DNA from: Lingula anatina
Taxonomy: Eukaryota; Animalia; Brachiopoda
Direction of reading: 5' to 3'
Assembly: GCA_051362555.1 (NCBI GenBank)
Contig: CM120648.1
Location: 1,651,721-1,715,720 of the forward strand
DNA: 64,000 nt
Made by a program: the position numbers and the translations under genes. Position 1 is the first letter of the stretch; each line of letters starts with the position of its first letter. Positions 12,701-24,920 of this stretch are shown here, in pieces. The notes below the pieces were generated by a model. That model was not told where the DNA came from. It made no database searches and was given only the letters and a program-made list of their open reading frames with translations.

Positions 12701-15700
12701 ACTTTCAATTTCATTGGACTCGGCCACAGTCCTTAACTTGTACTTTATCTTGTAAAAGTGTCCAGTTCAAAACGGACATATTATTCAAGATTTAAAAAAA
12801 AGATTAAGTCGGAAGACAGGGTTGTTAAACATAGCGTTTTCTAAACGTTATGATGTATAGACTGCCAAGATACACTTACCACATTTATTTCTCTCTTGTT
12901 TATATTCCTGGCCTGGTGGGCAACTCTCCACCTCTCCGTGGACATTATACCGAGCACGAAGCCCGATGGTTTGTGCGCTCTTTTCTAGCGCGTTTTTCAT
13001 TTCTCTCATGAGTAACTCAACATTTTGTCCTCTGAGTGAAGGAGCCCCCACGGACCTTTTACCTCGAGGGGGCGCTGGTGTTCCTCGAACAGCACTGGCG
13101 TTAATGGCGCCGCATATGACTCTGAAGTTATCGACTGTGACAATGCAGTTACATGTAAGCCCAAAAGGCGAAGCTTTGAAATTGCTCACAGCATTTTCTT
13201 TGATTTGCTTTTGGGCCCTAGGATCCGGGCATTCATAATCGTAGTATAAGGTCAGAACGAGGTTGTCATTTGGATCCTGGTATCCTGTAACACGTAATGG
13301 ATACTATGAAAATACATGTATATAGGCCTAATACAATCCAGATATTTGAATTTCTGATGAGGTCATTAAATGTATTTCAAACGATACGAGGTGTCACTTC
13401 ACATAAAATTACTGATAAACGATTGCAAATCATTTCCCATGTACATCAAAAACCGTTTTTCCCCTTGATTTGAATACATTACAAATCAGCACTTACGGGT
13501 ACAGTCGGGCACTTGGGTGGTGGGTTGCCACTTCCCGCTCCCGCCACACACGTAGAAACTTGGAACGGACGTCATACCGGCTGGCAAGTCGAAATCGTAT
13601 GGATTTTGGCACTGAAGAGTACAGAACACTCCGTACCCAAAGGTGTCGCATCCCGCAGCTCCGTTGATAGGTGTATGGAGATCAGGACACTGGTGAGCTG
13701 AAAAGAGCAGGTTCCCTATGTTTGTTTAATTTCATCAGTGGTATTTTCACATTCTTAATATTAGACTCTGCATGAATTACAGTCTGACCTCCGAGTATGT
13801 GAAGTTTGATAAAATATAAAACTGACTAATGACATCATCACTCAATTGAATTAAATAATTCTGACCGATGACGTCATCATTACACATAATTCTGACCGAT
13901 GACGTCATCATGAAACATAACACTGACCGATGGGTCATCACCAAACATGCCGACTCAATATAATCTTTTTGGAGGTGTAACCGAGATATACTGGTTGTAT
14001 TGCGTAATTAAAAAAAAACAAGATAAAAATATATATTTCTGATGAGAAAATAGTTGTTGTACTTAGAATGGTTCGTGCGGTTCTGTAAGTATCACCCAGC
14101 AAGTAGCGCCCCTAGCGGTGTAGGCTAAAGCTAACACCATACTGTATATTAATATAAGTATGAGGTACGAATCTTGAAGTTGAAATATATTTTTAATCTG
14201 TTACTGCATAAAACAAAATTTACTTTCGTCAGCAGTCGACATACAAACGGTGTTTACTCACGTCCTATGTTGAGCGCGAAAGAGCAACTTGCACGGTTTC
14301 CAGATTCGTCTCTGACGTCGTAAACAATTTTGTACCGCCCCCAGTAAAACTTCCCTGGACTCATATTGCTGTTCACCGTCACAGGTCTGCCACTGTTGTC
14401 TTTTACCGTTGGCTCTACCCAGAACACGTCGACCTCTCTGTCCGCAGACACAACTGGGTCAACTTTTGGACAGGTTATGGTGGGTGGTTGGACATCTGTA
14501 TGGGGAGTAATAAGCGAAAGAAAAATTAATTACAATGTATTACGTATGATAATTATAAAGCACAAGGCGAAATATTTTCATATCGTTAGCTTGTTGTATT
14601 ATTTTAACATTAACATATGACTATTAAAATCCTTCCGTGTTAACAATCATATTAAAGGTACTAATGACACATGTACTGTAAGCTGAATCCGTAGGCCTGC
14701 CTCTATCTTGCAAGCAAACATGGGGGTCAATTTTAATACTTTCGGTTTAAAAATGAGAGTAGCCACAGAACACAAAAACTACCCTTCAAGACTACAGCTT
14801 CTCCAAATACTTTTTTCAAAGACCTCATACCATTCTGTGTCCTCCAGAGTCAATGAATGCATAATTAATACTATTTAAAAGCGTCACAAATCTTGCTAAA
14901 ATTGAAGGCAACTTCACATCTCCTACAGAGGTATATGGAACTATCCCAGCACGAATGTAGTGCTTCACTTCATACATACCCCGCACTTCCACTTTGAAGT
15001 TGAAATTGGCGCTGTTACCATTGTCGTCTGTGAACACGTACTTCACTGTGGTCTCACCTATCTTGAAAGTATGTTTATAGCCTCCACCTATTAAGAAAAT
15101 AATTTCTCTCTCGATGTAATCTGGTAAAAAAATTGAATTTTTTCTCTCTACTTCAACCACATGTCCTTTAGAGAACCTGAGAAAGGTACTACATGTAATT
15201 TGACGTTTAGGAACACTCATCTTTCTCTGCATGTTAAGTGAGAATTAAGGGTTACATACTCTCTCTACCTAGCTGACCCAATCCCTGTTCATCTTGTATA
15301 CTCTTTCTACCCCGGTGACCCAATCCCTGGTCACCTTACATACTCTTTCTACGCCGGTGACCCAATCCCTGGTCATTTAACATACTCTTTCTACCCCGGT
15401 GACCCAATCCCTGGTCATTTAACATACTCTTTCTACCCCAGTGACCCAATCCCTGGTCACCTTACATACTCTTTCTACGCCGGTGACCCAATCCCTGGTC
15501 ACCTTACATACTCTTTCTACCCCAGTGACCCAATCCCTGGTCATTTAACATACTCTTTCTACCCCGGTGACCCAATCCCTGGTCACCTTACATACTCTTT
15601 CTACGCCAGTGACCCAATCCCTGGTCACCTTACATACTCTTTCTACCCCAGTGACCCAATCCCTGGTCATTTAACATACTCTTTCTACCCCGGTGACCCA

Positions 15701-18700
15701 ATCCCTGGTCACCTTACACTTTCTCTTTTCTGCGATAATGAGATCTCGAGTGCAGCTTGAGGAATATAGTTTTATTACTTCTCAAGTATATCAATTATTT
15801 ATTCAGCATACTAAAAAAGGAGCGAAGTTTTGTCCTTTCGATCTTTTCATGGACATCTGCAGGACAGTCATGAGCGAAAGGGAAATTAACTGATGTGTTA
15901 AGTCAACATCTATTTAAATCCTTCCCAAGGAACGTGGAAGAAAAACAGAAATGGATTAATTTATGTGACTGTGATTTTTTAGCTTTAAAAAGATTAATAT
16001 TGCATGAAATATAACGACAAATAACGTTTTCAAGAAATAACCCGTTGGTATGTCGGAATTATGTCGCAACAAATTCGAGAATACTGTTTGTCCTTACCTT
16101 TTATTTCTCGGCCGCCTATGTAAAGTGTCACACGTGGTGCCTTTCCGGAGTTGTCCGTCACTCGTGGCTTGTCTTGCTCCCAGTTCACAACCGCTTGATT
16201 GCTGTCCAAAGCTGCGTTGACAGTTATGTCACTTGTTCGTTGATTTATGACGGGACCTTGGGCATCTGTGAAATATAATGGATCATTATGACAGGTGTAG
16301 TGTAACAGAGAGACACAGATCAATTGGAAAGAAAGTTATGCTGAAATGTTTTTATGAAAATTTTATATCTCATATATTTATTTCAAAGCACTACGGTTAA
16401 CGTCAATGGTACTGTGCAGTGCGGCCTGACTTCCACATTGCGTCAGGTTTTGTCTTCCTGGATGACGCAACAAGTTTACGTACATCACCCTGAGCTTCAG
16501 AGATAACTTGACACTAACCTCTTCACTATAGCCTATCTTCATCGTGTCAAGTTACCTCTGACCACATTCGATTGCCCCCGCCGCCCGCCAATCAAATTTA
16601 AAGCCCGCACTCGATGACTCATTGAACGATCTAGCCAATGAACGCGAACGAGTCAAAGCGCGCTTTGTTCAAATCCGGACCAATCAAAGATAAGGCTGAA
16701 TATCAGGGACTTGCCGTAACCTGTGGGCAGCACGCAAAATACATCATCCCTCAGTAGATAATGATGCAGGGCCTCAAACTGCTCTGGTTTCAATTCCGAT
16801 ATACTCATATTTTGCAAAGAATCAAGAGATAACTTAACACATTATTTTACGTAGTCACTCGTAGGAGACGCCATGCTTTCTTTGTGTTCGATTATGCACT
16901 CGGAACTACTCGGATGTCTCCGCACTCGACAATAACTTTGTTGTTAGTATGGAGCTTGCGGAATCAGCCGAGGATTACCGATTGACGGTCAACCAATCAG
17001 CGTTTTCACCAAACTTTGGTGAAAAATTTTGAAACTTGGATTCGATTGGCTTATATAAACTAGGTCAAACTATTTTCGTCAGAGGTAACTTGACACGATG
17101 AAGATAGGCTATAGTGAAGAGGTTAGTGTCAAGTTATCTCTGAAGCTCAGGGTGACGTACATCTGACCATTAAAAAAACATTTAGCTCGAAAAAAGGACT
17201 TATCTCTTAAACTAAACAATATGGTATTGGTTAATTCCGTTTATTATAAATGCATTGAAAACGACTCTCCATGCTTGGAATTTGCTGTCGTAATTTTAAA
17301 TAAGGTCGCCCCAACCTGAATGGAGAAGCGCCACACGCGAGCAGAGTCAAGTATCTAAGCTTACCTCTACAATGCCCAGGTGCACCACTCCACGTGCCGT
17401 CATTCTTACACACCACACTGGCCTGTCCTTGCACCACGTAACCGGGGTTACAATTTACTTTGCATGTCATTCGGGCAGTGGGCCGGGACGTGCAATGCTG
17501 CACACTAAAACGCCCATTTTGGGGGTTTTGTAGGGACTGGCAGAGTATCTCTGAAATATGAAGGCACATTTTAATGTGTCGACAGGCGGAGGATCTATTT
17601 TGTGGATTTCATTAAGCGATCCATCATTTTAAGGACTTACACGTGGGAAAAAGTTTTCCGAGGCCGCTTTAAATAAGTGGGCATATTTTGCTAAATTGGA
17701 AAATAGAGGAAATGCAAAAACAGAACTCACTGAAAAAAATCATTAAAAATAGCTGTGTATTTTGTTGTTTCAACATCGTAATTTTAAATATGGACACAGT
17801 ACGTTATGTCTTTATGCTGAGGAGCGTTACTATTTTCCTACTCACGTTCACAGTATAAGTCAGTACCGGACCACTTCCCATTATCCTTACATTCCCGGGT
17901 AGAACTTCCGGTTGCGCGGTAACCTTGGTGACACGATGACCTACAGACAGTTCCAATTTGGTGATGAGCGAAACCCATTGGGTTTGTACACGACCAAGGA
18001 TCTGCATTATGCACTACGTTGCCCTTCAAGTTAGGGCACGAGATGGCTGAAAGAATCAAAAGACAAAAAAATCTTCATATGTTGCATTATTGATGATTTA
18101 TTCATTCGTTTTCATCACTTTAACCATCTACTTGTTAAATCATTTATATGTTTGATACTTTCTTTTTTAGCTTGCAATTATTTGATTGCTTGTTCTTTCG
18201 TCTATTCAACTACCGAATTATGCAATCGACTATTTATCTTGACACGTACTCAACTAAAAATATCTTCCATGTATTCAGATAGTGGTTAGTATGCATGTAT
18301 GTAACTATTGATATGGGAGCGGTCTGACTCACGTTCACACTGCGGCACAGCTCCGTTCCACTCCCCGTCGGATTGGCATTTAATGGAATTAATATTTTGT
18401 GACCGAATCTTAAAACCCTTATTACAAGCGAACTGGCACACACTTCCGACTTTTTGAAGGCATTGTCCCTTGAGGAACGAATTGGCAGAGGCGGTCAACT
18501 TCTGGCACCTGACCTCTTTTATAGAATAACGAAAGAAAGAAAGTTAAACAATGAAAAACTGTACGTGAATTGATAAATACATTGTTCAGAATTCCATTTC
18601 TGATGTATATTTTGAATGCATGCATATATTGGCTGAATGAATTATTATCATTTTATTGTTCGACCTAGAGAACTGAATTGACTTCATTATGCAATGCCTC

Positions 18701-21700
18701 TTCGCAGTTAAGCAGAAATCTAATATTTTACGCAAGCCAACTTTTCTAACAACCGTTCTTTTTGCTGTATAACATTTACTATATATGCTGGTAGTACATG
18801 AATGTTTTCGATAGACGGACAGCCATTTCTCTATAACCACTGAAATAGATATAAACATGACAGAGTTTCATAATTGTGTAGAAAGTACCTGACTGCATAT
18901 CTAATTACCATTCATCTTGCAAAACTAATTTTTCCCAAACCATTTTAAAATTAAAAAGACAGAAACAGACAGAATCTTAAGCCTAATTACCTTTGCACGG
19001 TGGTGTTTTGTCGATAGGCTGGCCTATTGCCGTGTTGGTATTGGTGAAGCCATCTTTACAGATGCAATCGTTGGGTGTGATCGATCCAATGTTAGCTGTG
19101 GTCGTGAAGCCCTGACAAGCGGTGCAGGTGTCCTCAGTGGTTGCTGACACGCTGTATGTTCCTTGGGCGCATTCTGGAAAAAAAGGCAAAAGCGCTACAT
19201 ATCATGCACCTTCCTATTGAAGTCAGTAAACTGGTTTCTCACTATACGCCGCCATATGCATCAGGTAGCGTCATCGTTTATTTACGAGCGTATTCAGGAC
19301 AGCAGACTAACAGATCCGCGGATCAAATATGGCCGACCCACTTGAATGCTTGTTCCGTAATCCCCGCGGGGAATCTTTTCAGTGCCTAATCGGGAATTAA
19401 GCCACAAGCTTTTTAGTGGGCCGCCATATTTGATCCACGGGTCTGTTAGTCCGCTGTTCTAATGCGCTCTACAAGACTTCTATTGATAACATACTGGCAC
19501 ATTTCATAATCTGTCCCTCTCGCTTGATGTGGTATCCCTTGTTGCAGACACATTTATATTCCTGTCCTCCGCGTGCGTCGCAGCTGCAGTAGGCCCCGGT
19601 TCGACATTTGCTTCCACAACGGGTCGCCAGCACTGCCTTGTATTCAAACTTCTGTTGGCCTGCAAAAGAAGTGATAAGAACAGGAACGTAAGTTTGGGTA
19701 CTCAAACTTGTGAGTTGATCATCACCCGGAAACGTGATCTTATGAAAAACATCACATGTATCTGGCTAGATTTGGCCAATTGAGGATGTCTGCCAGGATT
19801 TCGACAGTTGTTTTGGACAAATAATAATTATCATTTTTATTTAAAAAGTTTAGTTAAAATGCAAATATTGTACAGAAAACATAAAAATGGAGGGATTGTT
19901 TTAATTACAAATATTTTATAAGTTCCGAAGCAAATGCATCTAATAATAATCATAAATCACTCAATCCCATTATGCCGCATAGCAAACTGACAACGATATC
20001 ATGTGTAAAAACAGCGTGAAAACTCACCCTTGTGAAAATATCGAGCTATGTCCCGAAATTGTTTGAATGTTTTAATGTCATATACTAACTTCTTCCCATT
20101 TTTGTCTGATGATGACAGGTCGTTTAATATGCGTTTCTGCCACCTAGTGAAATACGCAAAAAATCTTACAAGACAAAATCAATAATATGTATTCTTCCTT
20201 CTCCAATCGAAGCATTACCAGAGTGTTATGGAGAATTGATTTTAGGGCGATTTGGGCGCAAACTACTCCCTATTAGCAACTGAGTGATTAACACTGACGG
20301 TCTTAATCTCGCGTGAAAAGTGGAGAGTTATACTGATATATCAGGTGAAAATGCCACTCACCACCCCACTCCAACAGCAACAAACTCAACATTGTCCTTC
20401 TTCATATGATCCACAAGGAGTTTGGGGTCACCACCGTTGTTCCAATGTCCATCACTTAGTAGAAATACTACCTGAAATTTTCAAGTAACTAGATTGTTAA
20501 TTTAAACAACAACACATGATATTGCTAACATCTCCTACCTGTACCAGTATATTCTTCATTATTTACATTTGAATTCTATGTTAGAAACCTTGAGAGTGGC
20601 ACAGGTGGAGATTTTTGAGCCCCTATGTTCAGGTAGTAATTGTGCAAAGGGACTGTCGTTTTGGGCTTGGACATTTTTGTCCATGTTTTGGGGCACTAAT
20701 GCGAGGAATGGATTTTGTAAGTCGATGCAACTTTTTCACGAACAAGTCAAACCACGAAAACACAACTGATAGGCGGATTGATCAACAACATAACTCTTTA
20801 ATTAAAGTGATAATAACTCTTCGTTTCGGCCAAAAAATGAATTTTCCTGGAGTGAACAACAATTTTCTCATACTAACCAATGGTCAATGAATCCATTTTT
20901 ACATTCAAAGTTAGTCCCTGGTTTTTTTCTGAAAAGTTCGTTTTTTTTTTCTTAAGAGATTTTAACAGAGTATAGCCATCAATGGAGGTTACGTCGTCTA
21001 AAGACAAGCTTAGATATCAGAAAAATAGCTATAACTGCCCTTTTTTGTGGTACAACAGAATATATTATATTTCTATGAGTTATTCACAATGTTTTTATTG
21101 TGAAATATAGATTTCAGATGAAGAGTTATTATCCCTTTAACTAAGCATAAAATAAATCATCTTCTCAATACATACCTGTAGAGCGCCCCGACCAGTTGAC
21201 CGCACTCGGTCCAAATTCTGCTTTGCCAAGTAGAACGCTTGCTGCATGTTGGTCATGCCCCCTCGGTACCCCACGTGACCGAGTCTCTTTATGAACTCGC
21301 ATTTGTCCAGCTTCGACCCCACGTCCAAACTAATGTGGACCTTGGCGTCGTTTCCAAATGTGATAATGCCGACCTGCGCAATAAAATTTATTTATTTTTA
21401 TTTATTTTTTTTTATTTGAAGACAAACAGTGGGTAATACAGCCTCCTCCCTCATAGCTTTGGGTGTACCCATCCTTCGCCCTACTAAAACGGTATAAGAA
21501 CCAAAACGAAGCAATAACATGCCAATTGCCCGTTACTTCACCTTACATCGTAAAGCAGAATTGCCCTCCTCTACAATTTAACATTTGCTGAGTGATACCA
21601 GACAAAAGATCTTGCTTTTCATCCTGGCAAAATCCTGGATCTCTGATATCAAATATAAATTCTGTTAACCGAACTCTGAGTACTCAAGGTTTTCTTCGCA

Positions 21701-22633
21701 AATTCTTTATTTTGAAGTAAAAGAAAAACACACCTTTGTACCCATAGATATGCTTTGCTATGCTATGCTCCTTAATAAATAAATTTATTTATTTATTTAT
21801 GGATATCTTATCTAAACCGGACCAAAGCTCCCATTTAATAGAATGCCATCAATCGTACTATATATTGAAAGTGTCTTATACTTTCTTCATCCCCCCCCGG
21901 TCCATCCCCCTTTCTTCCACGCAGTATAATATAAAGACCAAAATAAAATCAATTTTGAAGTAAAAGAAAAACCCTCCTTTGTACCCATTGATATGTTTTG
22001 CTATGCTATGCTCCTAATTTATTTATTTATTTATTTATTATCTTTCTCTTTTTCACAAACGCACATACACACATACCAGCACATCCCCAGAAGTCCCTGT
22101 CCTCAATCAACCATGCCACCCACCTACCGACAAACACACGCGCACCCCCCCCCCTCACACACACACATAGTTTTCAAACCCCTATATCCCTCACCCCCAA
22201 ACCGGGTAGAAAGAGACAGACCAAGACCCCCCATTCAACAGAATACCACCAATTGTACTATATATTAAAAGATCTTTATACTTTCTTCACCACCCCCCAA
22301 CTTCACCTTTCTTCCACCTAGTATAATATAAAGACCATACTCTACCTGTGTGTACTGTGGCGCCACGCTGAAATGTTCCAGTATGTTCTTGATAAACTCC
22401 AACTCCGACTGGAAATCCTTCCTGGAAAGGCTGCCAGACTCGTCTACCAGAAACATAAGGTCCACCACCTCCCTCGCCCTGCTGGAGGCGTAATTCATGC
22501 TTCCCAGGATCTGATTCCCAATTCTCTGGACCGTGGATAGGCCACTGCACCTGCAGAGTGACCGGTCCGAATAGAACAGGATGACTATTGCCGCTACCAC
22601 ACGGAAACACTCGATGTTCATTTTAAGCGCCAT
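6790..22633 (-). CDS. SVEP1: SVEP1/polydom-like secreted multidomain protein: signal peptide, vWA, EGF-like, ephrin-receptor-like Cys repeat, 3 sushi, 2 HYR, sushi, linker, 3 ephrin-receptor-like repeats, 6 EGF, pentraxin; about 1515 aa, 24 exons
   Basis: Phase-consistent GT-AG exons: 22346-22633, 21176-21373, 20362-20471, 20028-20143, 19495-19659, 18991-19173, 18333-18515, 17846-18046, 17365-17550, 16098-16265, 14980-15087, 14262-14495, 13497-13697, 12880-13284, 12352-12510, 11746-11919, 11037-11198, 10583-10760, 9657-9973, 9036-9224, 8427-8631, 7793-7899, 7152-7451, 6790-6800 (sum 4548 nt, divisible by 3). vWA MIDAS residues DESGS/T/D are intact. Ca-EGF motifs such as [15 protein letters not shown] and pentraxin [11 protein letters not shown] are present. 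Domain order matches the N-terminal half of SVEP1. Confidence 0.88.
10044..10114. repeat. 71-bp inverted repeat (hairpin)
   Basis: TGTTGGGTTGTATGAAAGCCGTA pairs with TACGGTTTTCACACAGCCCAACA. Confidence 0.8.
12575..12635 (+). mobile_element. Terminal fragment of a dispersed repeat (CAGGYCCGTAGCCAG end, hAT-like)
   Basis: CAGGTCCGTAGCCAGCAATTTAAAAGGGAGGGGGTCTTTTTCTGAAATAGTGGACCTTTT matches the reverse complement of 41752-41808. Confidence 0.6.
13821..13947. repeat. About 31-bp tandem repeat with GATGACGTCATC palindromes
   Basis: CTGACCGATGACGTCATCA at 13861 and 13892, with degenerate copies near 13822 and 13923. Confidence 0.8.
15252..15718. repeat. 42-bp minisatellite, about 11 copies, intronic
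   Basis: Unit CATACTCTTTCTACCCCGGTGACCCAATCCCTGGTCACCTTA. CTCTTTCTAC recurs at 15301, 15343, 15385 and onward. Confidence 0.95.
16486..17154. mobile_element. Non-autonomous DNA transposon (MITE), 669 bp, 77-bp TIRs, 8-bp TSD (hAT- or P-like)
   Basis: Left TIR 16486-16562 (CACCCTGAGCTTCAGAGATAACTTGACAC...) is the reverse complement of 17078-17154. It is flanked by the direct repeat ACGTACAT at 16478-16485 and 17155-17162. No ORF. Lies in an intron of the SVEP1-like gene. Confidence 0.92.
19286..19469. mobile_element. MITE with about 57-bp imperfect TIRs and a 3-bp TSD (PIF/Harbinger-like)
   Basis: GAGCGTATTCAGGACAGCAGACTAACAGATCCGCGGATCAAATATGG... pairs with ...CCATATTTGATCCACGGGTCTGTTAGTCCGCTGTTCTAATGCGCTC. 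TAC flanks both sides. Confidence 0.75.
21708..22337. repeat. Diverged tandem duplication (about 240-bp unit, second copy carrying an insert of about 150 bp) in intron 1 of the SVEP1-like gene
   Basis: TTTTGAAGTAAAAGAAAA..CCTTTGTACCCAT..GCTATGCTATGCTCC at about 21710 and 21953. AGTATAATATAAAGACCA ends at about 21940 and 22337. Confidence 0.8.
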
Positions 22634-23102
22634 CTTACCAATTGCCTTCCAATTTTTATATCGACAGACGAATGTCAAATAAATCACCGTATTTGTCCTA
22701 TATTTTATGTCTGTCACGGGGCACAGTCTGTTGTCCCTCAAACAGCTTAAACGCGAGAAAGAGAATGGAAAACTCTCAATCAGTATGTAGTGAAAGCGTT
22801 TTCAAATGCACTCTTAATATCAGCCGTCTCCTATGAAGACAGCCTATCCAGCATTGCGCAAAAATGTTGGGTTTAGCTTAAACAATAGGTCCGGGTTTGG
22901 AGAACTGTCTCCGAGCAGTTGGCCAATCAAATAGGAGATGCAATTGCCGCCTGGAAGCAGGGGAGACGGGTGGTACAGGGGGCTCCTAAAGGTTGTTCAT
23001 TTTTGTTGACTTGGCCACTAAACTTAGGGAGCGAGGTTTAATCCGCTTATTGGCGCATGGGGAGGCGGGGAAACCATCAGGGGTTTAGTCGGCATTGCTT
23101 TT

Positions 23103-23168
23103 AAGTGGGTCGGCCATATTTGACCTGTGGATCAGTTAGTCCTCGGATCAGCTTGTTCTGAATGCGCT
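23103..23168. mobile_element. Solo terminal fragment of the same MITE family as 19286-19469
   Basis: AAGTGGGTCGGCCATATTTGACCTGTGGATCAGTTAGTCC...GTTCTGAATGCGCT matches the right TIR of the 19286-19469 element. Confidence 0.65.
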
Positions 23169-23261
23169 GATTATCATCTTTCAGTGGATGCTAATTGTCG
23201 GCAAGAGGAGACAAGCGACGTCCAATGGAGACGAGATTGACAGTAAAATAGTGCAGTGGCT

Positions 23262-23504
23262 GGTTCGGTGGTTCAGTTGGTAGAGTTCTCGCACGTAGAG
23301 TAGAGCGGGCGCCCCGGTGTAACGTAATTGAGGGTCTGTGTCACAGAAATACCTCCCTCCATATAGTTATAATGGTTAGGGTTAGTCTGACCTAAGTGGG
23401 TCAAAATCTAGGGCGAGGATCACCTGCACAAGTGAATCGGAAGCAGACTCTCTGTTATGGGGGACTCTCTGTCACGTTACACCGGGTTCCCTCCCGGTCG
23501 AGTC
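23262..23504 (+). mobile_element. tRNA-derived element (SINE head or tRNA pseudogene) interrupted by a MITE
   Basis: After removing 23318-23485 the sequence folds as a cloverleaf: acceptor GGTTCGG/TCGAGTC, A-box TGGTTCAGTTGGTAGA, anticodon stem CTCGC/GCGGG with an expanded loop, T-arm CCGGG-TTCCCT-CCCGG with a degenerate B-box. Confidence 0.65.
23318..23481. mobile_element. Ginger1-like non-autonomous DNA transposon, 164 bp
   Basis: Ends are TGTAACGT...ACGTTACA, flanked by a CCGG duplication at 23314-23317 and 23482-23485. Internal GGTTAGGGTTAG. TGT termini with a CCGG 4-bp TSD are characteristic of Ginger1. Confidence 0.7.
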
Positions 23505-24916
23505 CGCTATTTTCCCCCAAATAACTTCAGTTACATTAGATGCCGACCACTGATTGCCTACTAAACTTCCAATTTGAAACCACAGCAGTGTTTGTGCCTC
23601 ATTTCTTGCCTTCTTTGTGCATCCAACTTTCTATTAGACCACTTTGGACGTTTTTGTACACACATTCAAACAATTGAAGGGAGCATGGCGTGAACGTTCT
23701 GGCCACCAACCCCTATACGACCTGAGATACGAGCTTCCAACGTCTCACGGCCCCACATAGGAGACACAAATGTAAAAATTATCAACAAAGAATATACATG
23801 ATTGTCTTTATTCATCTATTTTGTTTATCATTTTTAAAAATTTTGATAACGTTGAAGGGTTAAATAATTCACTTCAGTGTAATAAAATCTCAAAACGAAC
23901 TGAAAACAAACAATTCTGGCAATTTAGCTATATTTTAAATATCTTCAAGTGTTAGTCTAAGCGACATTGTATTAAACAAAGCTTTAAACACATAATGCCT
24001 AATTGCACATCTATTAAAAGTCAAATTATGTTTTCTGCTTTCTCTTCATATTGCGTTTAAATGAGCCAGCATGCTGAAATGAGATCCTGTTTTGTCATTA
24101 ACCGCAAAATCCGGGTTTACAGTTAGTGGCACGTGCTGGGAACGGGTTTCATAGAAGAAACTGCCGTAAGTCGTAAAATAATCTGGACTTTTCAACGGAA
24201 AGCGTAGGTATACATTGATTTAAGATAAGTTTACTTTAGTAAAGCTAAAAGAGATTTTATCTGCTTTAAAAAGATGAGAAATGACAACGTAAAATCACCT
24301 TATTTTAGTGGAGTACTTAGGATACGCATGTGATCGAAATAAACTAAAATATTCTGTCTTCTAGTCCTTATTTGAAGCCTGGTCCTCTTATCAGGTTTAC
24401 GCAGCTTTTAGCAGTACGGTAATTAATTAAAACTTTCAAACGCCTTACTTTTTCAAGATTTATAATTTTCAGAATTGCCACTTACAACACTGTAATCTCA
24501 GACACAAAGCCAACTGACCTGGCAAACTTTTCTAATCGTTTTGCGTGCTTAAAACAAGATATGATTTTGGGGGAAAGAATCCATTCGTGTTGTGCGAATG
24601 TATTTGTTGTGCATATTGTATACATCCGGGACTCAATCACGCGGTTTTACAAAGAAACTAGATGCCCTGGAGAGGTAAAAACAGGTTTTATAGGGGCTTG
24701 GAAACTTGATTCTGTAATTATAACTAAGTAAGGCAAATAAAAAACAAAAGATATACAGCAGAAGCTTGACATGTGTTGGTGCTTATCGAATTCCTGTTTC
24801 CTGCAGACTTTCGGAGAATCGTGTTGTACTGGCAGTAAACAGGATGCGATCACTTTGACTAAACTGCACCTTCACAGATATACATGAATAACATGCATCG
24901 AAACAAGGAAGAGTTT

Positions 24917-24920
<4 letters not shown>

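Noticed and set aside
15252-15718. CRISPR-like array of palindromic repeats
   Set aside because: Units are contiguous with no unique spacers, there are no cas genes, and it lies in a eukaryotic intron. It is a minisatellite.
23262-23504. Functional intron-containing tRNA gene
   Set aside because: The insert has TIRs and a TSD and sits in the T-stem rather than at position 37/38. The B-box and anticodon loop are degenerate.
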